From assembly GCA_001873285.1 (NCBI GenBank), contig MNYV01000125.1:1-35298 (forward strand): a stretch of DNA of 35,298 nucleotides. The letters run 5' to 3'. The notes under the pieces were generated by a model. It did not search any database. It had not been told where the DNA came from and saw only the letters and a program-made list of their open reading frames with translations. Numbering within the stretch: position 1 is the first letter of the stretch; every line of letters starts with the position of its first letter. Positions 8,435 to 17,577 of the stretch are shown piece after piece. Position numbers and translations under genes: made by a program. Origin of the DNA: Nitrospirae bacterium CG2_30_53_67. Its GTDB lineage: Bacteria > CG2-30-53-67.

Positions 8435-9367
8435 TCATGCCGTGGCCTCGACAAAACCGCCGGCCGGAAGGCCGGACTTTTCGAGGACCGGGACCATGGG
8501 ATAAAGTTCTTCCCTGCGGGTGACATAATCCCACTTTTGCGGATGGTCAAGAATCTGCTGGACCAGCCTGGCATTCAAGGCATGTCCGGACTTCACAGCA
8601 TGGAAATGCCCGATGATCGGACATCCGACCAGGCTCAGATCTCCAATAGAATCGAGAATCTTATGACGGACAAACTCATCCGGATAACGAAGGCCTTCAG
8701 GATTCAAGATCCGATAGTCTCCGATCACGATGGCATTGTCAAGAGAACCACCCTTGGCGAATCCCATGGACTGAAGATATTCCACCTCTTTGAGGAAACC
8801 GAAGGTGCGGGCCCTGGCGATTTCACGAACAAAGGTATCTTCGCTTGCCCGGTAATAATAACGCTGTTTCTTCAGCATGGGGTGTTCAAAATCGATCTCA
8901 TAGGTAATCTCCGTCAGATCCGAAGGATAGATCGCGGCAAAACGGTCTTCATCCTTGATCTCAATCGGCTCACGAATCTTAATGAATTTCTGCAAATGGC
9001 TTTGCCTTCGGATTCCGGCGGATGTCAAAAGATAAATATAGGATGCCGCGCTGCCATCCATGATGGGAACTTCCGAGGAGTCGAGTTGAATCACGGCATT
9101 GTCAATCCCGAGGCCGGCAAAGGCAGCCAAAAGATGTTCGGCCGTCTTGATCTGGATACGGTTTTTACCCAGCGTGGTATTCAGACGGGTATCCACGACA
9201 TTCTTGGCGAGCGCCTGGATCTCCACCTCATCACGAATGTCGGTTCGTTTAAAAACAATGCCGGTATTTGCGTGAGCGGGAAGGATCTTGATCTGGACTT
9301 TCCGGCCGGAATGAAGACCCATACCGGAACATTCAATGGGTGAGGCGATGGTTCTCTGATATTTCAA
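8435..9367 (-). CDS. lpxC: UDP-3-O-acyl-N-acetylglucosamine deacetylase
   Basis: QRTI, G.GLHSG, EHLLAA, DGSA, ARTFGF and HKILDSIGDL motifs; TTG start at 9367 with AAGGAG RBS. Confidence 0.97.
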   Translation of the reverse strand: MKYQRTIASPIECSGMGLHSGRKVQIKILPAHANTGIVFKRTDIRDEVEIQALAKNVVDTRLNTTLGKNRIQIKTAEHLLAAFAGLGIDNAVIQLDSSEVPIMDGSAASYIYLLTSAGIRRQSHLQKFIKIREPIEIKDEDRFAAIYPSDLTEITYEIDFEHPMLKKQRYYYRASEDTFVREIARARTFGFLKEVEYLQSMGFAKGGSLDNAIVIGDYRILNPEGLRYPDEFVRHKILDSIGDLSLVGCPIIGHFHAVKSGHALNARLVQQILDHPQKWDYVTRREELYPMVPVLEKSGLPAGGFVEATA

Positions 9368-9415
9368 TCTCTTTCTCCTTTTAAAGACAAGTATGCATTT
9401 AAGTTTATAAATACT

Positions 9416-9432
9416 TGCAAGTTCTGTACCAA
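9416..9432 (-). promoter_or_regulatory. sigma54 (-24/-12) promoter of lpxC
   Basis: Minus strand TTGGTACAGAACTTGCA vs consensus YTGGCAC-N5-TTGCW. Confidence 0.7.
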
Positions 9433-9527
9433 ACAAGGCCTTAGGGGTTGATAATTTTTTTTACGAATAAAAACAATCGGTTATAAATCTTCTCAGGGCA
9501 ATTGCCCTTACATAAAATTCGGGGTGA

Positions 9528-9578
9528 TGTGGTAATTAAAACTCAATATCTTAAAAATACTGTGTCTTTTTTTGCACA
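9528..9578. promoter_or_regulatory. Paired enhancer-like sites (UAS candidates)
   Basis: TGTG-N10-CTCA (9528-9545) and TGTG-N10-CACA (9561-9578), 33 bp apart, about 100-150 bp upstream of the sigma54 site. Confidence 0.5.
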
Positions 9579-9593
9579 TACCTGAAACAAATC

Positions 9594-10736
9594 ATGATGA
9601 TGACAACACAGGTAGCGCTGACAAGCTGTCAGGATTACGAAGAAGCGGCCGTTGAAACATCCGTCCGGAACCTTCTTGATCTTTTGGGCGGGATCGGCGC
9701 TTTTGTGCATCCCGGAGATTCGGTGCTGATCAAGCCTAACCTTCTGGCTCCAAAACCGAGCGGGTCGGCCGTGAACACCCATCCGGCTGTGGTACGGGCC
9801 GTCTTAAAACAAGTCTTAAAGGCCGGAGGCCGGCCGGTCATCGGGGATAGTCCGGGGCTGGGAAGCGCGAAAAAAAATGCCGTACGTTGCGGAATAGACA
9901 AGATCGCCCGGGATCTTGAAGTTCCAATTATAGAGTTTAGAAAATCGGTCCTGGTGGGAAAGGCCGGTAAAAGTGGTTTCCCTCTTGAACTGGCGGAAGA
10001 GGCCCTGAACGCGAATGTCATCATCAATCTTCCCAAACTCAAAACCCACGGGCAGGTCCTGATGACTCTCGGTGTCAAAAACATGTTTGGATGCGTCATC
10101 GGGATACGAAAGGCCCAATGGCATTTAAAGGCGGGGGTCAACCGGGATGCGTTCGCAAAGATGCTCGTAGAAATCTATACCACCCTTTCCCCAGCGCTCA
10201 CCTTGATGGATGGAATCGTAGGGATGGAGGGAAACGGTCCTGGAAGCGGCACTCCGAGGCCGATCGGCCTCTTGGCGGCTTCTGCCGATGCTGTCGCCCT
10301 TGATGCCGTCATCATGCATCTGATGGGAATGGATCCTCTCCGCCTCCCGACCCTCCGTTCTGCAAAAAAATTGGGCGTGGGCGAGGTTTCTCTCAACCGA
10401 ATTGAGATCCTCGGAGAAAAGGCCGGAAAGATCGGCATACGGGATTTTAAATGGCCTGAATCGGCGGATCTGGAATGGAGGATCCCGGATTTTGTGATGA
10501 AGATGCTGAAGAGCAGCCTGAGCGCCTACCCGGAATCCGATCCCACTCTCTGCAAACAATGCGAGGTCTGTGTCAAGGCCTGCCCTCAGCAGGTCATCAA
10601 GATAGAAGGGGATCACCTGAGAATTGATACCCGACGCTGTATCCGATGCTTCTGCTGCCAGGAACTATGCCCGCATGGAGCCATGAAGACCCGTCAAGGA
10701 TGGCTGTTGAAACGGATCAAAAAAAGATCCTTGTAA
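9594..10736 (+). CDS. DUF362 domain protein with C-terminal 2x[4Fe-4S] ferredoxin domain
   Basis: VLIKPNLL, THP, IGDSP, INLPKLKTH, KNMFG, MEGNGP; two CxxCxxCxxxCP motifs. Confidence 0.93.
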   Translation: MMMTTQVALTSCQDYEEAAVETSVRNLLDLLGGIGAFVHPGDSVLIKPNLLAPKPSGSAVNTHPAVVRAVLKQVLKAGGRPVIGDSPGLGSAKKNAVRCGIDKIARDLEVPIIEFRKSVLVGKAGKSGFPLELAEEALNANVIINLPKLKTHGQVLMTLGVKNMFGCVIGIRKAQWHLKAGVNRDAFAKMLVEIYTTLSPALTLMDGIVGMEGNGPGSGTPRPIGLLAASADAVALDAVIMHLMGMDPLRLPTLRSAKKLGVGEVSLNRIEILGEKAGKIGIRDFKWPESADLEWRIPDFVMKMLKSSLSAYPESDPTLCKQCEVCVKACPQQVIKIEGDHLRIDTRRCIRCFCCQELCPHGAMKTRQGWLLKRIKKRSL

Positions 10737-10763
10737 GTCTCGTTTGAGTCTTCCGGGTACTAA

Positions 10764-10947
10764 GTGGTCCTGTCCGTAAATATGGCAACGTACCGACTTG
10801 TACTCGGTTTACCGGTAGAGGGTTGTAGGGCGGTCTCATCCCCGCGCGGGACTGAGGTGTACCCACTGTGGTACGCCGCAAGGAGCGGAACGCAGATGAG
10901 GCCGCCCTACGGCACTCGAATGCGACCGTATTTACGAATAGGGCCGC
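10764..10947 (+). mobile_element. MITE-like inverted-repeat element, copy 2 (184 bp)
   Basis: Same ends and core as 55-216, CTAAG at 10760-10764 and 10947-10951, plus a 21-bp internal insertion. Confidence 0.85.
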
Positions 10948-11039
10948 TAAGCAGCCGTTGCGATCCGTGCCGAAGAAAGGATCAAGGAGATAAAGCGTCC
11001 TCTTGAGGACGCTAAAAAACGCATGCAATCAAATTTTAT

Positions 11040-11068
11040 TTGACAATAACCACAATAAAGTTTATATT
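11040..11068 (+). promoter_or_regulatory. sigma70 promoter of tusA
   Basis: TTGACA, 17 bp, TATATT. Confidence 0.65.
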
Positions 11069-11117
11069 CCAAACTTGAGATTTTAACCCCATTTAACTAC
11101 ATCAAGGAGGAAAAGAT

Positions 11118-11348
11118 ATGCCGACTGCTGATAAGACACTGGACTGCAAAGGGTTAAATTGTCCTTTACCCGTTCTTCAAACCAAGAAGGCCATGGATGC
11201 CATGAACAGCGGCCAAATCCTGGAAATGTTGTCCACAGATCCCGGATCCAAAAACGATATCACCGCCTGGGCCAAAAGAACGGGAAATGCCTTGGTCGAG
11301 ACGGTTGAGGAAAGCGGCGTTTTCAAATTCTATTTAAAGAAGTCATAA
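11118..11348 (+). CDS. tusA: TusA/SirA family sulfur carrier
   Basis: LDCKGLNCPLP motif, TDPGS..DI.AW; AAGGAGG RBS. Confidence 0.93.
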   Translation: MPTADKTLDCKGLNCPLPVLQTKKAMDAMNSGQILEMLSTDPGSKNDITAWAKRTGNALVETVEESGVFKFYLKKS

Positions 11349-11561
11349 GCAAGATTCTCCCAGAGGTGTTTACTGAACCCCGTTCCACCAGACCCCCCGG
11401 CCTCGCTCCGCAAACCGGGTCGGGGAGGAGCGAGATGAACGGCAACAGGGTTCGCTGATCCTTCACACTGAGGACCCGGCAAAGCGTTATGATCCTCCTT
11501 CACTGATAAAGCTCCTGCAAGCGCCGGGAGGATGTCCTATCGCCTCGTTTTGGGAGCCGAT

Positions 11562-11936
11562 ATGAAAGAGCAGACAAAGCTCTTGATTATTCAGACCAGC
11601 GGTCTTAAAACACCTGAACGAATACCGGCAGGTTTTTTTATCGCAACCACCGCTGCGGCCATGAACATGGATGCGACCATTGTTTTTACGGTCAATGGGG
11701 CGACCATTGTTGAAAAAAAAGCCGCGGAGAAAATCACGGTCAAGGAGGGAGGGACCACGCTGAAATCATTTCTGGATCAGGCCATCGCGGCCGGCGTCAA
11801 ATTAATGGTCTGCCATCAGAGTCTGGATCTCCATGACCTTGAACCGGACAACCTGATTGACGAGGTAGAGGAAATCATCGGAGCCGCCGCTCTTCTTGAT
11901 ATGACCCTGGAAGCGGATATTATCTTGACCTTTTAA
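11562..11936 (+). CDS. DsrE/DsrF-like family protein (alternative start 11532)
   Basis: A..AAAM..DA.I.FT.NG, AGVKLMVC.QS and IIGAA..L DsrE-like motifs; GGGAG RBS before 11562. Confidence 0.85.
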   Translation: MKEQTKLLIIQTSGLKTPERIPAGFFIATTAAAMNMDATIVFTVNGATIVEKKAAEKITVKEGGTTLKSFLDQAIAAGVKLMVCHQSLDLHDLEPDNLIDEVEEIIGAAALLDMTLEADIILTF

Positions 11937-12016
11937 TAGCACACATCGGTTTTGCATGCCCTCTTATACAGGACAACATCACCCTTCATATCTTTATCTT
12001 TAAGGACAGTCTCTCC

Positions 12017-12679
12017 ATGGCCCTTTCCGGTGATATCAAAACCATGCCGGTCACCGATCTTTTGCAATGGATCGAGGCCGCCACGCAGACCGGAATCGTT
12101 GAGTTTGTCCGCGAAGGAGAATGGAAGAAGGTCTTCTTTCAGTCGGGCCGGATCCTATTTGTTTCCTCGTCCAGGGAAAATGAAAAGATCGGACAGTTCT
12201 TGATCAGGAAGAAACGGATCCGTGCAGGAGATCTCGAACGCTGCCTGGAGGAAAATGAGCGGACTGGAAAGAAACTGACGGAAATTCTGGAGGAGTGCGG
12301 CCTGATCTCGCATCAAGAGCTTTATGAACAGGTCATCTTGCTGATCAAGGACAACCTCTTTGATTTGTTCCTCTGGGAAGGGGGGAGATTTGAATTCACG
12401 GACCGAAAACTCCCCACAAAGGTCAAAGGGCCCCTTGCCTTGAAGACCGGACGGATCCTTTTCGAGGTCCTCACAAAAATAGATGAAAAACGCCGAAACG
12501 GCATGGGAAAAATTCAAGATCAAGAAAAAAAGTCTCCCGGTCGGAAAAAACTGCGGGGGCGAATCGTTTTTAAAGTGGATAATAACAAGTTTCCCCTTCC
12601 TGGATCCTATGAAAAAACAGAAATCTCCGGATTTAAAAAAATTGCGGGTGAAGACGATCAGGAGACGGAAGGTTCGTGA
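12017..12679 (+). CDS. DUF4388 (PATAN-like) domain protein
   Basis: MALSGDI..MP..DLLQWI...TG, VFF.SGRI, LF.W.GG.FEF pattern. Confidence 0.88.
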   Translation: MALSGDIKTMPVTDLLQWIEAATQTGIVEFVREGEWKKVFFQSGRILFVSSSRENEKIGQFLIRKKRIRAGDLERCLEENERTGKKLTEILEECGLISHQELYEQVILLIKDNLFDLFLWEGGRFEFTDRKLPTKVKGPLALKTGRILFEVLTKIDEKRRNGMGKIQDQEKKSPGRKKLRGRIVFKVDNNKFPLPGSYEKTEISGFKKIAGEDDQETEGS

Positions 12680-12699
12680 ACCCATTCAGTGGGAAGAGG

Positions 12700-13146
12700 C
12701 TATTTCTTCAAATTTTTCTCAATCATGGCGATGATCAGGTTCGGATCATAAGGCTTGAGCAGAAAGTCATCCGCGCCGGCGTCAAAACCTTTGTCTTCAA
12801 ATTCCACCTGTCCTTTTGCCGTCAGCATAATCACAACGATGTCTTGGGTCGCTGGGTTCTTTTTGATCTCGGCACAAACCTCATAACCGTTTTTATTCGG
12901 CATGTTAATATCCAGAAACATCATATCCGGTTTTTCCTGCGCAACGAGTTTCAGCGCTTCATCCCCGTCATTGGCTGTGATACACTCGTATCCTTCCTTC
13001 TCGAGCATGAAGGCCAAAGACCTGGAGATGAAAAATTCATCATCTACGATCATGATTTTTACGTTTTTCTTCAAACCACTGTTTTGAAATTCCATGAAGT
13101 CCGCGCCTCGTCGTATCCGGATAAACGGATAAACTTTCCCTAACAC
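12700..13146 (-). CDS. Single-domain response regulator receiver (true start probably ~13095)
   Basis: IMIVDDE, FLDINMP, MLTA and LLKPY motifs. Confidence 0.92.
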   Translation of the reverse strand: MLGKVYPFIRIRRGADFMEFQNSGLKKNVKIMIVDDEFFISRSLAFMLEKEGYECITANDGDEALKLVAQEKPDMMFLDINMPNKNGYEVCAEIKKNPATQDIVVIMLTAKGQVEFEDKGFDAGADDFLLKPYDPNLIIAMIEKNLKK

Positions 13147-13177
13147 TTTAATGTATTTTTAAAGGGATGTCAAACGG

Positions 13178-15196
13178 TTATTTAACGGCAACTTCATAGG
13201 GCTTGTTGCAGATGGATGACCTCAAAAAGGCTTCCACGACATCCGGAGCCAACTGGGTCCCGCTGCACCGCATGATCTCCCTCATGGCAGCCTCATGGCC
13301 CGGCCCCTTGCGGTAGGGCCTGTCCGATGTCATGGCATCATAAGTATCCGCTACAGCCAATATTCTGGCCGATAATGGAATCTCCTCCTCCCGAAGACCA
13401 TCCGGGTACCCTTTCCCATCATATCGTTCATGGTGATGTTTCATCCCGGGTATGATTTCCTCCATCTCTTTGATGTTCTCGACGATCTTTACGCCGCAGA
13501 CCGGATGGGTCTTCATAATCTCGAATTCTTCTCTGGTCAGCTTTCCCGGTTTGTTCAATATCGATTCCGGAATAGCGATCTTTCCAATATCATGAAGAAT
13601 GGCGGCCAGCTCCAGAGTTTCCATCTCGTGTTCGGGAAGAAGCATCTGATCTGCAATGGCCTTACTGTAGATGGAAACATTCTTGGAATGGCTGTGGGTA
13701 TAAGGATCCTTGGCATCCACCGCGGCTGCCAGGGCTATGATCGTATCTAAAAACAGGGTCTTCTGGTCCTCAATGAGCTTTGCATTGTCTACGGCAATGG
13801 CGGCCTGGTTACCGAGGGTATGAAGGAGTTCCACATCCTCATCGGAAAAATTTCCCGAAGAAATCTTGTTGACGACGGCAATCACGCCGATCGCTTCTCC
13901 TTTATGGAAGAAAGGAATGGCAAGAAGATTCCGTATGGGGACTACCCTCCCGTCTCTGAGAGGCAGATGTGTCAATGCGCCGGGTTTGTCCATTAAGAAT
14001 TTTTTACCCGCTTTCAGAATGTCCGGAAAAGGAACGTGATTTTTCCATGCCCGGCTATTCCCGTTTTCCAAAAAAGAGAGGCGGCTTTGTTCTTGCGATC
14101 CGACCTCGGCGGCGATTTCCTTGTAGTATACGGCGGCATCCTCGGCATTCGTCATATTTTTTGCATAGAGGCAGATCTTTTCAAAGAGCTTATCCAGATC
14201 GAGTGTGGCATTGATGGCCAGGCTGATCTTGTTGATTTGATCGATGATCACCGCTCGTTTTTCCAGGTTCTCGTAGGTGGACATCAGTTCATGCAGCGTG
14301 ATTTTCAACTCTTCCTCGGACTTTCTCAGCTTTTTCATGGACTGGGCATTCGCAATGGACACAGAGGCCTGGGCGGTCATCGCGCTGATCAGCTTGAGGT
14401 CATTCGACTTGAAGCATTCTTCAGTCGCCTTGTCCGACAAGTTCAGAACGCCGAGGAGCCGTTTTTCCTTCTGATCGTTTATGGTATAAAGCGGTATGGA
14501 AATAAAGGAGCCGGTCTTGTAAACGCCTTTTGAATAGATGGCAAGATCAGGGTGACGCTTGATATCATGCACGATCAGAGGGCTGCCGGTCTTCAGGATC
14601 TCGGCGCAGAGCGTGTCCGCGAGATCCAGGGTAAGCGACTGGAGTTCATCAGACACAAAACCGTATGAAGCTTCCGCCTGCAGATGCTTCCCATCCTCAT
14701 CCAGAAGAAGCACCGAGCCTCTTTCAGCATGCGTGATGGCAACGGCCTGATCCAGGATAATGGATGAAACGCGCTTGATATCATAGATATCCCCAAGGGC
14801 TTCGGACAACCGATAAAGCATGTTCATGGTTTGATAATTTTCCAGAAGCTCCATGGAGAGGCTCTCTATCTCCGCTTGGGTCTGTAAATGCCCTTTTAGA
14901 ACATCATACAATAATTGAAGGGCGTTCTCCAGATTTGCTGATTCTGAATCATCCTTTGAAAAACCTTTGATGATCAGGATGAGCGCGCTCCCTATCCGGA
15001 CCTCCTTGGTTTTAAAGGCGCAGGCAGAGAGATCCTGCGAACAGGCAACGGCATTCAATAGCATCTCATGCGTCGGAACATGAAGGATTTGCAGGGGAAT
15101 CCCTGATAGATGACCGACCTGGTCCAGCAGCGTCTTGATGCTTTGCCGGATCTTCGTGTTCCAGGGAATGATGGTCTCATTTTCTTGCATCATCAC
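13178..15196 (-). CDS. GAF-GAF-HD-GYP cyclic-di-GMP phosphodiesterase
   Basis: Two GAF-like regions; AKDPYT..HS, LHDIGK, HHERYDGKGYP, VADTYDAMTSDRPYR. Confidence 0.94.
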   Translation of the reverse strand: MMMQENETIIPWNTKIRQSIKTLLDQVGHLSGIPLQILHVPTHEMLLNAVACSQDLSACAFKTKEVRIGSALILIIKGFSKDDSESANLENALQLLYDVLKGHLQTQAEIESLSMELLENYQTMNMLYRLSEALGDIYDIKRVSSIILDQAVAITHAERGSVLLLDEDGKHLQAEASYGFVSDELQSLTLDLADTLCAEILKTGSPLIVHDIKRHPDLAIYSKGVYKTGSFISIPLYTINDQKEKRLLGVLNLSDKATEECFKSNDLKLISAMTAQASVSIANAQSMKKLRKSEEELKITLHELMSTYENLEKRAVIIDQINKISLAINATLDLDKLFEKICLYAKNMTNAEDAAVYYKEIAAEVGSQEQSRLSFLENGNSRAWKNHVPFPDILKAGKKFLMDKPGALTHLPLRDGRVVPIRNLLAIPFFHKGEAIGVIAVVNKISSGNFSDEDVELLHTLGNQAAIAVDNAKLIEDQKTLFLDTIIALAAAVDAKDPYTHSHSKNVSIYSKAIADQMLLPEHEMETLELAAILHDIGKIAIPESILNKPGKLTREEFEIMKTHPVCGVKIVENIKEMEEIIPGMKHHHERYDGKGYPDGLREEEIPLSARILAVADTYDAMTSDRPYRKGPGHEAAMREIMRCSGTQLAPDVVEAFLRSSICNKPYEVAVK

Positions 15197-15506
15197 ACCA
15201 GATAAAATATGCCGGGTTTTTTGTGAAAATCCATCCCTTCTATGGACAAGTCCATCAATCCATGGTCTTACAACAAGACAAAAATATGTTTTTCAACTTC
15301 ATGGCTGTCGGTCAATCCCATAGATCTTAAGAATCGTATCGGTTATATGAATCCATACCTTTAGTAAAACCTTCGGAATCGGCTGACTCCGGATCTTAAA
15401 AATCAAAATCTTGTCCCTTTCAATCTTTTTTAACGGCATGGAAATCGGCAAATTTAAAGAGATCTCAAGATCATAATTTTTGTAACCCATTAAAAAATAA
15501 AGTCTC

Positions 15507-15535
15507 TTGACAAAACACATAAAACATTTTAAACT
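15507..15535 (+). promoter_or_regulatory. sigma70 promoter of the LysM gene
   Basis: TTGACA, 17 bp, TAAACT. Confidence 0.6.
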
Positions 15536-15583
15536 TTTTAATAAGATAACTACCGTTCACGGCCTTTCAAAAAAGGAGAGATC

Positions 15584-16729
15584 ATGAAGATCGGTTCCAA
15601 GATGCTCATGCTTACTGTTCTCAGTCTATCTTTGTATCTCCTTTCCGGCAGAATCGGTTCGGCCGGAGCGGTTTCCGGTTCAGAAGGGGAGACGCATTCC
15701 GTCATCAAAGGGGACACCCTGTGGGACGTAACGGAAAAATATCTTGTAAACCCCTTTTTCTGGCCCAAAGTCTGGCAATACAATCCTCAAATTAAAAATC
15801 CTCACCTGATCTATCCCGGGGATCAGGTCCGAATTCCCAGCGCCGAAGAACTTAGGCGCATGGGAGCGGCTGAGCATCCTCAAACCACCACGGCCCAACC
15901 CTCACCGGAGAAAACCATTCCGGCCCAAGCCGTTCCGGCCCCAGCCGAACCGGCGATTGAAGGTCCGGTGGCCTACGTGGGAGGATACCTGGTGGAACGA
16001 GACCTTTTCGAATCGTCCGGGTTCATCCTCCCATCAGGAGAGAAAGCAGGAGAGGGGGTCATTGTCTCTACCTGGGAAGAGAAGGAAATGCTGACATACC
16101 GAGACGTGGTTCATCTGAGCCTGGGTTCACGGGATGGGGTCAAATATGGGGATCTCTTTCAGGCCGTCCATGTAGGGGAGGACGTGGTACACCCCGAAAC
16201 CCGGTATAAGATGGGCAAACAGGTCACCGTACAAGGAATCTTAAAGATCACATCCCTACAGGAAAATCTATCCACGGCCAGGATCATCAAGGCCTACAAT
16301 CCGATCATGGTCGGGGACATGGTCCGGGCGTATCATCCTCAGCCCTTGATCGGCCCGAACAATCTCAGTACCGAAGACAAGAGCATTCAAGGAGTCATTG
16401 TGCAGAATACCCTCGGCAAGTCCAATTTGGGGGTGCGGGACATGGTTTACCTCGATGTGGGAGCCGAAAATTCCGTGGCGCCCGGCGATCGGTTCATCAT
16501 CTATCGTGCCGGGCCCCCGCCCCAGGTCAGTGCGAAGGATGCCGCTCTATCCGGGATCCAGGCCAAGGATTTTCCCGTGGATATTATGGGAGAACTGGTG
16601 GTTCTGAATGCCATGAAAAATACATCGACAGCCGTGATCGTGGAAGAGCTATACGAAATCAACCCGGGGGACCATATCAAATATACCCCCCAATCCATTC
16701 CTCCTATCAAGAAATATGATATGGAATAA
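15584..16729 (+). CDS. Exported LysM peptidoglycan-binding protein (TsaP-like architecture)
   Basis: Signal peptide; HSVIKGDTLWD...NPFFWPKVWQYNPQIKNPHLIYPGD LysM; two C-terminal beta-rich repeats. Confidence 0.9.
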   Translation: MKIGSKMLMLTVLSLSLYLLSGRIGSAGAVSGSEGETHSVIKGDTLWDVTEKYLVNPFFWPKVWQYNPQIKNPHLIYPGDQVRIPSAEELRRMGAAEHPQTTTAQPSPEKTIPAQAVPAPAEPAIEGPVAYVGGYLVERDLFESSGFILPSGEKAGEGVIVSTWEEKEMLTYRDVVHLSLGSRDGVKYGDLFQAVHVGEDVVHPETRYKMGKQVTVQGILKITSLQENLSTARIIKAYNPIMVGDMVRAYHPQPLIGPNNLSTEDKSIQGVIVQNTLGKSNLGVRDMVYLDVGAENSVAPGDRFIIYRAGPPPQVSAKDAALSGIQAKDFPVDIMGELVVLNAMKNTSTAVIVEELYEINPGDHIKYTPQSIPPIKKYDME

Positions 16730-16743
16730 TGGAGCCCTTCTAC

Positions 16744-16776
16744 AAAGCCCGCCTTTCAAAACCGAAGGCGGGCTTT
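16744..16776. terminator. Bidirectional intrinsic terminator
   Basis: AAAGCCCGCCTT...AAGGCGGGCTTT hairpin between convergent genes. Confidence 0.85.
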
Positions 16777-16783
16777 GCATTCC

Positions 16784-17560
16784 TCAACGCGATAGAAAAT
16801 CTCTCCCCGATTCTTCTTCTGAAAGTTGAAAGGCGCCGGCCACTGCAAAGAGGAAAACGCTTTTTACGCCGGATTTCTTGAGGCGTCGCGCACATTCATT
16901 CGCTGTAGCCCCTGTGGTCATGACGTCATCCACCAGTAAAACCTTCCGGCCCTCGATCCTCTCCGGATTGGTGACATGAAAACATCCTCTGATGTTTTTA
17001 AGCCGTTCTTTTCCCCTGAGACCCACCTGAGGCCGGACCCGTTTCGTCCGGACGAGAAGATCAAGCGCCATGGGGATTCCCTTTGCTTTAGAAAGCTCCC
17101 TCCCCAAAACCACGGCCTGATTAAAACCCCGCCTGCGGAGGCGCAAGGTATCGAGCGGAACCGGCAGAATCAGGTCGGCCTCAAAAGGGACCTCTTTCAT
17201 GCAGTCCACAGCTCCACGGACCAGCCCCCTCCCCAGCCTCCAGTATCCACGGTATTTGAAAAGGTGGATGGCCTCTCTGACAGGTCCGGCAAAATAAAAA
17301 CATGCCTTGGCGCCGTCAAGATGAGTCTGCCGGAGCCTGCAGACGCCGCATCGAAACTTAGGATTCATCTCAAGAAGTTCCCGGGACGGCAGGGGGCGTC
17401 CGCACGTGGGACAACCATGCCCGGCGATCTGGATCATTTTCTGTAAACATGAACTACAAAAAGGAGGCGGCTCGCCTTCCTCGGTGTTTAAATCGACATG
17501 GCATATGGGACATTTGCCGGGCAAGACCAGATTCAGAAATTCTCTGACCCAGGAGAGCAT
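16784..17560 (-). CDS. comF: ComF family protein (double zinc ribbon + PRTase-like)
   Basis: Four CxxC pairs; RGFNQA and LLVDDVMTTGAT; start at MLSWV (17560) avoids overlap with gpmI. Confidence 0.92.
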   Translation of the reverse strand: MLSWVREFLNLVLPGKCPICHVDLNTEEGEPPPFCSSCLQKMIQIAGHGCPTCGRPLPSRELLEMNPKFRCGVCRLRQTHLDGAKACFYFAGPVREAIHLFKYRGYWRLGRGLVRGAVDCMKEVPFEADLILPVPLDTLRLRRRGFNQAVVLGRELSKAKGIPMALDLLVRTKRVRPQVGLRGKERLKNIRGCFHVTNPERIEGRKVLLVDDVMTTGATANECARRLKKSGVKSVFLFAVAGAFQLSEEESGRDFLSR

Positions 17561-17577
17561 GATGGAATCCCCGGACT

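Noticed and set aside
8411..9343. 310-aa + strand ORF
   Set aside because: Antisense shadow of lpxC with no recognisable motifs.
10717..11028. ORFs over MITE copy 2 (both strands)
   Set aside because: They derive from the non-coding repeat.
11395..11435. HDV-like ribozyme (CGG-CCTCGCT-CCG resembles P3/L3)
   Set aside because: No matching P1 or P2 partners in the required order.
11349..11531. Selenocysteine/read-through fusion of tusA and dsrE (same frame)
   Set aside because: tusA ends in TAA and the spacer has several in-frame stops.
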